A stretch of 64,000 bases of DNA from Promethearchaeota archaeon (GTDB taxonomy: Archaea; Asgardarchaeota; Lokiarchaeia; Sigyniarchaeales; SOKP01). Of the stretch, positions 30,192 to 39,391 are shown piece by piece. Each line of letters starts with the position of its first letter. The first letter of the stretch is position 1. The position numbers were made by a program, and so were the translations under genes. The stretch is from NCBI GenBank assembly GCA_048940645.1, contig JBHLOI010000004.1:1-64000 (forward strand). Reading direction: 5' to 3'. The notes beneath the pieces are model-generated. The model saw only the letters and a program-made list of their open reading frames with translations. It ran no database searches and was not told the DNA's origin.

Positions 30192-31856
30192 ATGGCCGTC
30201 GTGTATATGCGAAAATTGGAGCAAGAACCAGAGACGTATGACTCAGAGTTTACTACCCTAACAAAGGGAGTAAATATGGAAGTTCAAGATTGGATTCTTA
30301 ATCGAATAAATTCTTCAGAGTCAATATTAGATGTTGGTTGTGGAACTGGTGCCCTTTCAGCTAAACTTGCGTTGAAAGGAAACGATGTTGTTGCCATTGA
30401 TAATAATTTTCAAATGATTAATTATGCTATGCAAAATTACCCTCAAAAAGAAAATTTACATTTATTATTTCAAATAGGATCGTTCTCTAACCTCCAAGCC
30501 GAGCACCATTCGAAAGACATAATAGTGAGTACATTCATGTTATCAGAATTACGACCATTTGAGCAACAAATTTTCCTTCGAAATGCATGGAAAGCATTAA
30601 AACCAGAGGGGCGATTAATTATAGCTGCAGAGTTTATCCCTTCTGGATTTTGGAAACTAATTTTTAAAATTAAGAGATGGCGGTATAAAAAAAAGCTTAG
30701 AAGACTTCGATTAAGAAGTACTTTTCTATTGAAATGGTTTTTTAATTATCTAGAACCGATAGGATTTAAAATCATTGCTCAAAAAAAATGGAAACATGGT
30801 GCTATTCAGGTAATGGAACTAAAAAAAATAAATTTCACCCAAACTGAGGAGCCTGGTTATTATCGTCCTATACCAAAAAAATTTAAGGGAGTGCGTTCCC
30901 AATTAAGGATTTACCGATGCATTTTTACTGGACAAGTTGATCATGTTCCTATTGAACCAGGAATTTACCAAGCTGGTAAGCCTGATAAAAATTCTCCGAT
31001 TACTGTTACAGCTAATTATGAGTATACTTACATTAAAGTGATGCGAGATTTAAAAGGTATTGATGCATGGGTATTATGTGTGGATTCTAATGGGATTAAT
31101 GTATGGTGTGCCGCTCGTGGTAGCAACTTTGGCAATGCACAACTACTTGAAGCAATAGAAGCAACCGGCATTCAAAATTATACAAATAAAAAAACCTTAA
31201 TACTCCCTCAACTCTCTGCTGGGGGAGTAGCTATTCCAGATTTACCAATAAATTCAGAACAGTTCCCATTTAAAGTAAAATACGGTCCAATTTGGTCGAA
31301 ACATATACCAACCTACTTAAAGAATCAACCTTCTAAAAAACCAGAAAAAATGAGGCTTGCCAAATTTACAATACCTCATCGCATTCGCGCTGGAATAACG
31401 CATACAACATTCTTATTCCGTAAAATATTCATCTTACCTATAATAGCTTTATTAATGCTATTTTTAGGCCTATACATCTTTACAGTTTTTGATAAATTAT
31501 GGTGGATTGGTGAACTGTGTATCTGGATTTTATTCGCAAATGTGATCATATTTTTCTTATTTCCACTTTCTAAATTTACTCAAAAATTTGTAAATAAAGG
31601 ATTTTTCTTTGGATTTATTAATATAGTTATTTTAGGGGGATTGACATGGTTAATTCATCGTTCTATTTTTTATACATTGATTAATTTACCTTTTTTCTTT
31701 TGGATCACTTTCTTTTCAACGATGTCATTTAGTGGCTACACAATGGCAACAAGTCCAAGAAAAATTGAAAATGAATATCCAATTTTTAAAAAATTAAATA
31801 AAATTTTATTAATAATAAGTTTGGTTTCTTTAGCAATTGGAATTATATTTTATTAA
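30192..31856 (+). CDS. hgcA: Class I SAM methyltransferase fused to an HgcA-like corrinoid protein
   Basis: N-terminal ILDVGCGTG; then PG.Y..G.P...SP..VTANY, GINVWCAARG (cap helix with Cys), ILPQLSA, YGP and a C-terminal TM bundle. Confidence 0.85.
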   Translation: MAVVYMRKLEQEPETYDSEFTTLTKGVNMEVQDWILNRINSSESILDVGCGTGALSAKLALKGNDVVAIDNNFQMINYAMQNYPQKENLHLLFQIGSFSNLQAEHHSKDIIVSTFMLSELRPFEQQIFLRNAWKALKPEGRLIIAAEFIPSGFWKLIFKIKRWRYKKKLRRLRLRSTFLLKWFFNYLEPIGFKIIAQKKWKHGAIQVMELKKINFTQTEEPGYYRPIPKKFKGVRSQLRIYRCIFTGQVDHVPIEPGIYQAGKPDKNSPITVTANYEYTYIKVMRDLKGIDAWVLCVDSNGINVWCAARGSNFGNAQLLEAIEATGIQNYTNKKTLILPQLSAGGVAIPDLPINSEQFPFKVKYGPIWSKHIPTYLKNQPSKKPEKMRLAKFTIPHRIRAGITHTTFLFRKIFILPIIALLMLFLGLYIFTVFDKLWWIGELCIWILFANVIIFFLFPLSKFTQKFVNKGFFFGFINIVILGGLTWLIHRSIFYTLINLPFFFWITFFSTMSFSGYTMATSPRKIENEYPIFKKLNKILLIISLVSLAIGIIFY

Positions 31857-31903
31857 AATAATAAAAAAAATTAAAAAGTATAAAAAGATAGGAGGTTATA
31901 AAG

Positions 31904-32218
31904 ATGACAGAAATAGATTTTAAAACTTTTAATTTTACCGAAATCATAAAGAATATTCGAATATTTATTGATCGAGATGCTTGTACTGGATGTGGATTGT
32001 GTGGAGAGATATGTCCTTTTGGATTACCTCAACCTAGCACTAATGGAAAATTTGAAATAACAAACCCAGATCTTTGCACAGAATGTAGCGCTTGTAAAAG
32101 AAATTGTCCAACTCAAGCCATTATCATGCAAGAACAAGCGGGATGTGGATGTTTGTGGAATGTTAGGAATAGAGTAAAAAGCTCAAATCAATCGAATCAA
32201 TCGTGTAATTGTGGGTAA
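31904..32218 (+). CDS. hgcB: HgcB-like 2x[4Fe-4S] ferredoxin
   Basis: CTGCGLCGEICP and CTECSACKRNCP clusters, then GCGC and a C-terminal CNCG tail; immediately after hgcA. Confidence 0.8.
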   Translation: MTEIDFKTFNFTEIIKNIRIFIDRDACTGCGLCGEICPFGLPQPSTNGKFEITNPDLCTECSACKRNCPTQAIIMQEQAGCGCLWNVRNRVKSSNQSNQSCNCG

Positions 32219-32236
32219 AATAGTTGGTTAATAATC

Positions 32237-32509
32237 ATGAAACAAAATAATAAATTAGAAGTTGATATTTACGTTCCATTAGATGCATGTGCCTGTGAAT
32301 GGGATAAGTTTATGAATCGGGTTTTTATAGTTTTAACACCTTATATAAAATACATTAATTATAATACGAAAAATCTTAATTCGGAGGAAGCAAGAAACCT
32401 AGATTTACATGGAAATACAATTGTTGTTGACAATAAGAAAAAGTATACTGCTTCCTATTCATTAAAAAAAGATTTACCCAATTTACTAAGAGAAAAAGGT
32501 TTGATTTAA
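32237..32509 (+). CDS. Small thioredoxin-fold/ArsD-like protein with CxC motif
   Basis: VDIYVPLDACACEW resembles the 'V.DP..CC' start of ArsD-type metallochaperones; context supports it. Confidence 0.55.
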   Translation: MKQNNKLEVDIYVPLDACACEWDKFMNRVFIVLTPYIKYINYNTKNLNSEEARNLDLHGNTIVVDNKKKYTASYSLKKDLPNLLREKGLI

Positions 32510-32539
32510 GCAAATTTATTAAATTGGGGTGGTCAAAAA

Positions 32540-32896
32540 ATTAAAAAAATAGAATTTGAAATTAGTATTCCAATAAAAGGACTCCAGCAAGGTAAAAAAT
32601 ATACACTTAATGTCGAAGATGATACTACCTTCATAGAAACATTAGCATTAGTGGATAAAATCGAGATGATAGAGACCAAGACCAGTATTTTTCCAGTGTA
32701 TGAAGGCTATATTCATAGTTATCTTCAGCTTTTTATAAATCTTGAAGAAGCTTCAATATACGATGATGTTGGAGTGTATGCATATGCGCCTGATGACCAT
32801 GGAATTATGCGAAAATTTAATCCTATTAGGGAAAATATTGAATTTAATCTATATCCTGATAGTTTGATTCAATTACAACCAGATGTAGGATGTTGA
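32540..32896 (+). CDS. Putative beta-grasp (ubiquitin-like) protein ending in Gly-Cys; N-terminus extended beyond the track ORF
   Basis: Frame open upstream of GTG 32651 (IKKIEFEISIPIKGLQQGKKYTLNVEDDTTFIETLALVD); GGGGTGGT RBS before ATT 32540; ends LYPDSLIQLQPDVGC. Confidence 0.6.
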   Translation: MKKIEFEISIPIKGLQQGKKYTLNVEDDTTFIETLALVDKIEMIETKTSIFPVYEGYIHSYLQLFINLEEASIYDDVGVYAYAPDDHGIMRKFNPIRENIEFNLYPDSLIQLQPDVGC

Positions 32897-32917
32897 TGAG
32901 AAAAGGTGAAAGAAAGA

Positions 32918-33001
32918 GTGGATAATGAAACACTCAAAATAAAACTTAGGCAAAAATATGGCAAAAATAATAAATATTTTCTCCATTATTTTCAAATTTA
33001 A
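32918..33001 (+). pseudogene. Possible truncated gene remnant (arsM-like N-terminus)
   Basis: AGGTGA RBS then GTG-DNETLKIKLRQKYGKNN..., stopping after 27 codons; resembles the 'I...VR..YGK' start of arsenite methyltransferases. Confidence 0.3.
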
Positions 33002-33150
33002 TTTTTTGGATGAAATCTTTCAAGAAATAGTAGTGAAAGATTGACAAAGGGATTGCTTCCTATATATTATAAGAATAAAAATTAAAATTATTAATCATCA
33101 TTAAAAAAAAAAGTAAATAATTCTTGAAAATATAAAAGCAACTATTATCA

Positions 33151-33582
33151 ATGGAGAAATCAAAAGTAATTTTTCTTTGCACTGAAAATTCGGTACGTAG
33201 TCAAATGGCAGAAGCATTTCTTAAAAAACAGGCAGGTGAGCATTTTGAAGTATATAGTGCTGGGTTCGATCCTCAACCTATACATCCTTTTACAATAAAA
33301 GTAATGGAAGAATTAGACTATGATTTAAAAGATCAATATTCTAAAGAATTAAAGGAATTCCTAGGAAAAGTACACTTCGAGATTGTTATAACTGTGTGTG
33401 AAAAAGCTGAAAAGACCTGTCCTATTATTCCTGGAGTAAGTACTAGGTTATTTTGGTCATTTGAAGACCCTGCTGCATTTGAAGGAACAAGACAGGAAAA
33501 ACTGGATAAATTTCGACAAGTCAGAGACCAAATTTATGAACAAATTCAAGTTTGGTTAAAAAATAGAGCAATTTTAAAGTAA
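33151..33582 (+). CDS. arsC: Arsenate reductase, LMW-PTPase/thioredoxin-coupled type
   Basis: FLCTENSVRSQMAE, ITVC......CP, W.FEDPA and FR.VRD motifs. Confidence 0.93.
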   Translation: MEKSKVIFLCTENSVRSQMAEAFLKKQAGEHFEVYSAGFDPQPIHPFTIKVMEELDYDLKDQYSKELKEFLGKVHFEIVITVCEKAEKTCPIIPGVSTRLFWSFEDPAAFEGTRQEKLDKFRQVRDQIYEQIQVWLKNRAILK

Positions 33583-33693
33583 AACATCTTTTATCGATTC
33601 CAAGTAAACTTTTATTTATTTTAATTTATCTACTCCTTTATTTTAAAATCTATAACTTAAAAAATAATTATTTATTTAAACTTTCTACCAGTC

Positions 33694-34641
33694 ATGGATA
33701 TTTTCACTCACTTTATAATCGGAATACTCGCTAGTGTTTATGGCCTTAAATCTTTACCATTTAGCCTTGTAATTTATGCGTCTATAATGTCAGTAATTAG
33801 TGATTTCGATATATTTCTAGCACCATTACGTTTGATTAAAAAGTCAAATTTTTTATCCCATAAAGGATTATCCCATTCATATTTCACTGCTTTGATATTT
33901 TCGTTTTTTACAGCAATATTATTTGCTTTTATTACCAATGAGAATTTCTTGATTGCTTGGCTTATTGGATTTCTTTTTTATAGTCTGCATGTTACACTGG
34001 ATCTAATCACAGCATCAAAAATTCCGATATTCTACCCTTTTTCAAAGAAAAGATATAGATTTTTCATAGATAGAGCTATTAATTTATTTTTAGCTGTAAT
34101 CTCTGGACTTGTTGTTTTATCCTATTTTTTAATGTTTTTTTATTTACCAGAAGTATTCTTTTCAGATTTATATCATTATATTTTTGGATTTTATCTCGTA
34201 TATTTCTCCTATCGATTCATTTCCAAAATCTGGATTCAATTCAAATTACCAGAAAATTCTCTTTATATCCCCGGTATTCTTCCTTTTGTCTACTTTATTT
34301 ATGAAAATATCTCCTTGGAAAAATCTAATTTGTATAAATTTTCAAAAAAAATTCAATTTTTAAACAAAAATTCTCTTATTTTACAATCAGAGATATCTAT
34401 AAACTCCGATGATATGAAGTTCTATGAAAAAGCTATAAAAATCTCGAAAGATTATGTATTTTTTAATAAGTGGGAAGCAGTTATTCCAATTATAGAAAAA
34501 GATTTTGATAAATATACTATACTTTTAATATTAACAGAAAGTTATTTTTCTGGCTCAACCTACTCACTCAAAGTAGTGTTTAATAGAAAAGCAGATACGA
34601 TTGATAATATATCTGACGGCTTTAACTTGTTTAAAGTATAA
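33694..34641 (+). CDS. Membrane metal-dependent hydrolase (YdjM/DUF457-like)
   Basis: MD.FTH, SDFD, HKGLSHS and HVTLD motifs. Confidence 0.8.
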   Translation: MDIFTHFIIGILASVYGLKSLPFSLVIYASIMSVISDFDIFLAPLRLIKKSNFLSHKGLSHSYFTALIFSFFTAILFAFITNENFLIAWLIGFLFYSLHVTLDLITASKIPIFYPFSKKRYRFFIDRAINLFLAVISGLVVLSYFLMFFYLPEVFFSDLYHYIFGFYLVYFSYRFISKIWIQFKLPENSLYIPGILPFVYFIYENISLEKSNLYKFSKKIQFLNKNSLILQSEISINSDDMKFYEKAIKISKDYVFFNKWEAVIPIIEKDFDKYTILLILTESYFSGSTYSLKVVFNRKADTIDNISDGFNLFKV

Positions 34642-34826
34642 AACCTTTTACTGCAGTTAAAAATTACGTAAGTAAATCTAAAGATAAATCAAGTTTAAAT
34701 CTCTTTTTCAATGAAAGATTTTCTATTTATGATAAATATTTAAATATATGTTTATCTGAAACACTAATTGTCAAATCTAATTTGAACAAAAAATTAAACT
34801 CAAAAATATATAGAAGTGATTAAAAT

Positions 34827-36302
34827 ATGGAACGAACAACAAAAAGAATACTTGCAATAGTTCTTGTAATAGCAATCGCAGGTGCTGGAATAGGCATCGG
34901 TGTTTGGTATTTAACCCAAGAGGTTGGAGAAGCAGGATGGGAGACCCCAGGAGTTTCAGGTGTACCAAGCGATAACTGGATTAGATGTGGATATCTTGGT
35001 GGCTTGAGAGGGATACAAGGTGATGGAGGTTGGAAAGGTGCTTGGTTAGCGGCATATGATATAAATACTAAAGATGGTGGTATTCAGGTTGGCAATGAGA
35101 CATATTACATAGCAGTTAAGGCACGAGATACTAATGAACATGATCCTCAAATACCTATCTCTACAGGGTTGGCTGCAGCTGAGCAAATGATATACGTGGA
35201 TGAAGCAAGATACCTCTTTGGTGGATTTAGAACAGAGGTCACAAGAGCGATTGTAGAAGTAGCAATGGATGAAGACTTAATTTATTATGGTTGCGGTGCT
35301 TCTACAGATGAATTTTGTGTTAATGTGTACAACAACTATCCAAGATATAAATCTTACTTCAGGCAAACTCCCATTTCAAGTACTTTCCTCGCATTAGAAA
35401 TAATTAAAGGCTTTTGTCATGTAATAAATGTAATGGAAGCTAACTTGTCAAGAAGAGTAAACAAAATTGCAATCTTTCGAGAACAGCTAGATTGGACTGT
35501 AGGTATGTCAGGTCTTTTAAATGGTCTCGCCGCTGCTGTTAATTACACTGTAGTATACGAAGTAGCTTATGACATTGCTAACCCTGATTTTGAGACATAT
35601 TGGGATCTAGCTGAGGCGGCAGGTGCTCAAATAGTTGTACCCGTTGTTTCGGGAGATACAGGAATAACCATGATGAAACAATATGGAATTACGAGACCTC
35701 ACTGTCTTGTATTTGGTATTGATGTTGAAGGGCAGATGACCACCTATTGGTCGACTACGGGTGGAGCTTGTAATTACCAAATCTTTTTAACAACTCTTAC
35801 TCCTAATTGCCCCGTAACACCTTATTCCACAACATTTTACAATGATTATCTCACGAGGTATGGTATTGGACCTACGATCTACACAGCACCAGGTACTTAC
35901 GACGCGGTTAACACTTTAGCATGGGCAATTAACCAGTCTCAATCATTGGATGAGCTAGACATTATTGCTCAACTAGAAACGTTAAATAGAAGTGCTGGGG
36001 TTTACCTTTCAGGTCCTAGAGCTGTAGCTGCCAGAAGATTGTCCTATACTCAAGTTGGTGGTGGATTCCCTCCAAGCAACCCTACAGCGCATGATGTTGA
36101 AGAGGGCTGGCCATGGGGTTGTACCAGATTTGGTCAGTGGCAAGGTGGGACTATAGTATGTATACCCACTGGAAATGGGACCTTATATACCCGTGGATAT
36201 CCAGCTGGTCCATATGGAGATTTTTCAAATTTAGCTCTTGGAGTATATCCAAATTCATTAGCGACTGGAAATATTTTCCTGCCATATTGGGGTATAAATT
36301 AG
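34827..36302 (+). CDS. ABC transporter substrate-binding protein (LivJ/K-type), N-terminally anchored
   Basis: N-terminal TM; LAA.DIN..GG, GGFRTE, YFR and YDAV.TL..AI motifs; precedes livHMGF. Confidence 0.85.
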   Translation: MERTTKRILAIVLVIAIAGAGIGIGVWYLTQEVGEAGWETPGVSGVPSDNWIRCGYLGGLRGIQGDGGWKGAWLAAYDINTKDGGIQVGNETYYIAVKARDTNEHDPQIPISTGLAAAEQMIYVDEARYLFGGFRTEVTRAIVEVAMDEDLIYYGCGASTDEFCVNVYNNYPRYKSYFRQTPISSTFLALEIIKGFCHVINVMEANLSRRVNKIAIFREQLDWTVGMSGLLNGLAAAVNYTVVYEVAYDIANPDFETYWDLAEAAGAQIVVPVVSGDTGITMMKQYGITRPHCLVFGIDVEGQMTTYWSTTGGACNYQIFLTTLTPNCPVTPYSTTFYNDYLTRYGIGPTIYTAPGTYDAVNTLAWAINQSQSLDELDIIAQLETLNRSAGVYLSGPRAVAARRLSYTQVGGGFPPSNPTAHDVEEGWPWGCTRFGQWQGGTIVCIPTGNGTLYTRGYPAGPYGDFSNLALGVYPNSLATGNIFLPYWGIN

Positions 36303-36339
36303 GAACTGCGAATATTTGAATATTTTAAAATATTAAGTC

Positions 36340-36350
36340 TTTTTTTTTTT
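36340..36350 (+). terminator. Poly-T archaeal terminator after the substrate-binding protein gene
   Basis: T11 run about 38 nt after the stop codon. Confidence 0.5.
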
Positions 36351-36490
36351 AATATTTGTGTATAAGTTTTTAGGAAAAATAGAATTATAGAAAAATTAGT
36401 ACAAATTATAGATTAATTTTAAATATAATGAGGTAGAAATAACATAATAAAAATCAGAACAAAATAACTTTATTTAAAGATTATTGAATA

Positions 36491-37543
36491 TTGAGGGATT
36501 GTTTTATTATGATAGTAGAATTAGAAAAAGATATGAAAGATAATGAAATCGTTAAAAAAACGAAAAAGTTGAGTAAAAGACTACAAATTACCTTAGGAAC
36601 AGCTGGTATAATTGCAATTGTTATCATATTATTATCTTTAAGTTATTATTTTTTCAAGGTACCAGAGGGGTTACCTCAGATAATAATTTTTGGCACAACG
36701 CATGGAGCTATTATTTCCCTACTTGCAATCGGGCTCTCATTAGTGTATGGTGTAGGAGGAGTTATGAACTTAGCTCATGGGGGATTCTATTTAATGTCAG
36801 GATATATTTTTTACTGGACGGTAACGGCTACGAAAGTATTCATGCCATTTGGGGGAATAATATTAGGTATAATTATAGTATTGATAGCTATAACGATTAT
36901 TGGAGCTGCTTCATACCTCTTATTTATTAAACCTTTGATGAATTCTCCTATAGGTGTATTAATGGTTACATTTGCTATTGCTTATTTCTTTCAAGCATTG
37001 ATTCTGCTGATAGTTCAAGTATCCCACCCATTATTAATGGATGAATTAATTCCAGGTAGTATTACAATTTTTGACGTTACATTCGGCGCTCAAAATATCT
37101 TAATCATTATTCTTTCATTATCAATTGTAATCGGTGTTACAATATTTATTAGTAAAACTAAACTTGGGAAATCTATTAGAGCAGTTGCTCAAGATAGAGA
37201 GGCAGCAATGCTTATGGGTATAAATGCTGATAGAATCCTTATGTATGTTGTAATGATCTCTGCTTTTTTAACAGGTGTAGCAGCAATCCTCAATGTACCC
37301 AAAGAATATATATCACCCTATGTGGGTTGGGGCATTTTAGCAGAGTCATTTGCAGTTGTTGTTCTTGGAGGATTGGGAAGTTTACCTGGTAGTGTTGCTG
37401 GATCATTCATCCTTGGCTATGCAACTTCTATCTGTAATTATCTGATCGACCCCTCTTTTGCTGCTTTAATCCCTGGTATTGTGATCGTGGTAACCCTTGT
37501 ACTAAGACCTCAGGGCTTATTTGGAAAAAAAGAAATTGATTAA
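36491..37543 (+). CDS. livH: HAAT ABC permease LivH-like
   Basis: GLSLVYGV.GVMNLAHG, TKLGKSIRAVAQD.EAA.LMGIN, VLGGLGS and RPQGLFG motifs. Confidence 0.9.
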   Translation: MRDCFIMIVELEKDMKDNEIVKKTKKLSKRLQITLGTAGIIAIVIILLSLSYYFFKVPEGLPQIIIFGTTHGAIISLLAIGLSLVYGVGGVMNLAHGGFYLMSGYIFYWTVTATKVFMPFGGIILGIIIVLIAITIIGAASYLLFIKPLMNSPIGVLMVTFAIAYFFQALILLIVQVSHPLLMDELIPGSITIFDVTFGAQNILIIILSLSIVIGVTIFISKTKLGKSIRAVAQDREAAMLMGINADRILMYVVMISAFLTGVAAILNVPKEYISPYVGWGILAESFAVVVLGGLGSLPGSVAGSFILGYATSICNYLIDPSFAALIPGIVIVVTLVLRPQGLFGKKEID

Positions 37544-37585
37544 TTTATTAAAAAGATAGTAATAATTAAAGGTGTTTATATAAAA

Positions 37586-38611
37586 GTGTCAAAATTAAAG
37601 GAAATTATAGGAAATTACATTAGGATTAAAAGTAAACCTTCTCGTCGTCTAATATCTTGGGTAAAAACCTTTAAGGGTAGTTTAACATTACTCTGTTTAC
37701 TTGGACTATTTGCTTTACCATTGCTTACTGATAATCCATATTATTTGGGAATATTTATTAATGCAGCGATTTTTTCAATTTTTGCTGCAAGCTGGAACTT
37801 TTTAGGGGGGTATACCGGACAAGTAAGTTTTGGACATGCAATATTTTTGGGCATGGGTGGTTATATAACTGCATCTTTAGTTCGTTATTTTAATGTCGCA
37901 TGGTCCATTTCACTTATTGTGGGTGGGCTCTTTTCTGTATTAATTGCCTTTTTCATTGGTATTATTTGTTTACGATTAAAAGGCCCCTACTTAGCTTTAG
38001 GAACCATGGCTTTAGGTCTTTTTACAATGGCTTTATTCAATAATGAGTTACTGGGAACAGCTAGTGACTGGCTATTTTTCGGATCACAGGGAATTGATAG
38101 AGTCCCTCGCATCTCTAGAGATGTAGTAGAAATATTTTATGTTTATCTGATTATTATGATAGTTTCAGTTATAATAATGATTCTTATTGGTGATTCTAAA
38201 ATGGGTACAATTTTCAAATCCATTCGAGATGATGATACTGGAGCCGAAGCCTCAGGTATTAATTTAACTAAATATAAAGTTATTGCATTCATGATAAGTG
38301 GCTTTTTTGCAGGAATTGCTGGAGGCCTTCTCGCTATGCAATCTAGGAATGTAGCTCCTGCATTTTTTCAGCCTCTTTATTCATTTTACGCAATAATTAT
38401 GACTGCTATCGGAGGAATAGGTTTAATATCTGGATCAGTCCTTGGAGGCTTTATTTTCTTTGGGTTAGAAGCATTATTAAGTGACGTATGGGATCCAGTA
38501 TTTTTATTTTCTATCATCTTAATTTTAATCATTCGATTTGCTGAAATGGGACTTTTAAGACCTGTCTTAGAACACTTAAGAGATCTCTGGGATTTGGTAT
38601 TAGGAAAATAA
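37586..38611 (+). CDS. livM: HAAT ABC permease LivM-like
   Basis: GYTGQVSFGH, LRLKGPYLAL, IRDD..AEASGIN and IGGIG motifs. Confidence 0.9.
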   Translation: MSKLKEIIGNYIRIKSKPSRRLISWVKTFKGSLTLLCLLGLFALPLLTDNPYYLGIFINAAIFSIFAASWNFLGGYTGQVSFGHAIFLGMGGYITASLVRYFNVAWSISLIVGGLFSVLIAFFIGIICLRLKGPYLALGTMALGLFTMALFNNELLGTASDWLFFGSQGIDRVPRISRDVVEIFYVYLIIMIVSVIIMILIGDSKMGTIFKSIRDDDTGAEASGINLTKYKVIAFMISGFFAGIAGGLLAMQSRNVAPAFFQPLYSFYAIIMTAIGGIGLISGSVLGGFIFFGLEALLSDVWDPVFLFSIILILIIRFAEMGLLRPVLEHLRDLWDLVLGK

Positions 38612-38638
38612 AAAAAAATATAATAATAATTAAAAAAT

Positions 38639-39391
38639 GTGAATTATAATATGGGAATAATTTTAGAAGTAAAGAATCTAACAAAAAAATTTGGCGGATT
38701 AACAGCGGTTAATGATTTTAGTTTTGAAATTCATCAAGGAGAATTTCTTGGACTAATTGGTCCAAATGGTGCTGGAAAAACTACTGTTTTTAATTTAATA
38801 TCTGGTTTTGAAAAGCCAAGTGCGGGGACTATTAGATTTGATGGTATTGATATCACAGGTAAAAAACCTCATAAAATTGTAAATTTTGGAATCGCTCGAA
38901 CCTTTCAACTAGTTAGATCGTTTAAATTTCTCAATCTGCTTGATAATGTTACCGTTTCATGTCTTTCTCCTAGAGGAAAAAAAGTTGCAAGACATGTTGG
39001 ATTTGAGGAATATGCTAGTTCAATTCTTGCTTCTGTTGGACTTGTAGATAGAGCTAGAATCCCTCCTGTTATTTTACCGCATGGTGATTTAAGGAAATTG
39101 CAAATTGGTAAAGCTGTTGGTACTAATCCTAAATTACTTCTTCTAGATGAACCATTTAGCGGTCTTACGCATGAAGAACAGGAAGTTATTACAGATTTAA
39201 TTATAAAATTACATGATGATGGGGTAACCGTTTTTCTTACAGGACATGTGCTAAGAGAATTAATGCAGTTAGTCCCAAGAGTAATTGCTATGCATCAAGG
39301 TAAATTTATTGCTGAAGGTTCTCCATTAGAAGTCGCAAATAATAAAATAGTACTTGAAGCATATTTAGGGAGAGGTGAAGAATTTGCTTGA
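38639..39391 (+). CDS. livG: HAAT ABC ATPase LivG-like
   Basis: FGGLTAV, GPNGAGKTT, GIARTFQ, LLLDEP and EAYLG motifs. Confidence 0.92.
   Translation: MNYNMGIILEVKNLTKKFGGLTAVNDFSFEIHQGEFLGLIGPNGAGKTTVFNLISGFEKPSAGTIRFDGIDITGKKPHKIVNFGIARTFQLVRSFKFLNLLDNVTVSCLSPRGKKVARHVGFEEYASSILASVGLVDRARIPPVILPHGDLRKLQIGKAVGTNPKLLLLDEPFSGLTHEEQEVITDLIIKLHDDGVTVFLTGHVLRELMQLVPRVIAMHQGKFIAEGSPLEVANNKIVLEAYLGRGEEFA

Noticed and set aside
30192-31856. Acetyl-CoA synthase corrinoid subunit (CdhD/CdhE)
   Set aside because: It has the Cys-containing cap helix, a TM tail and an adjacent HgcB-type ferredoxin; no TIM-barrel domain or cdh genes nearby
32891-33001. TGT-TGA-TGA followed by an open frame, suggesting selenocysteine read-through (GC-U-U)
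   Set aside because: I could not identify a SECIS-like hairpin. The downstream frame has its own RBS and GTG, and a double stop is the simpler reading.
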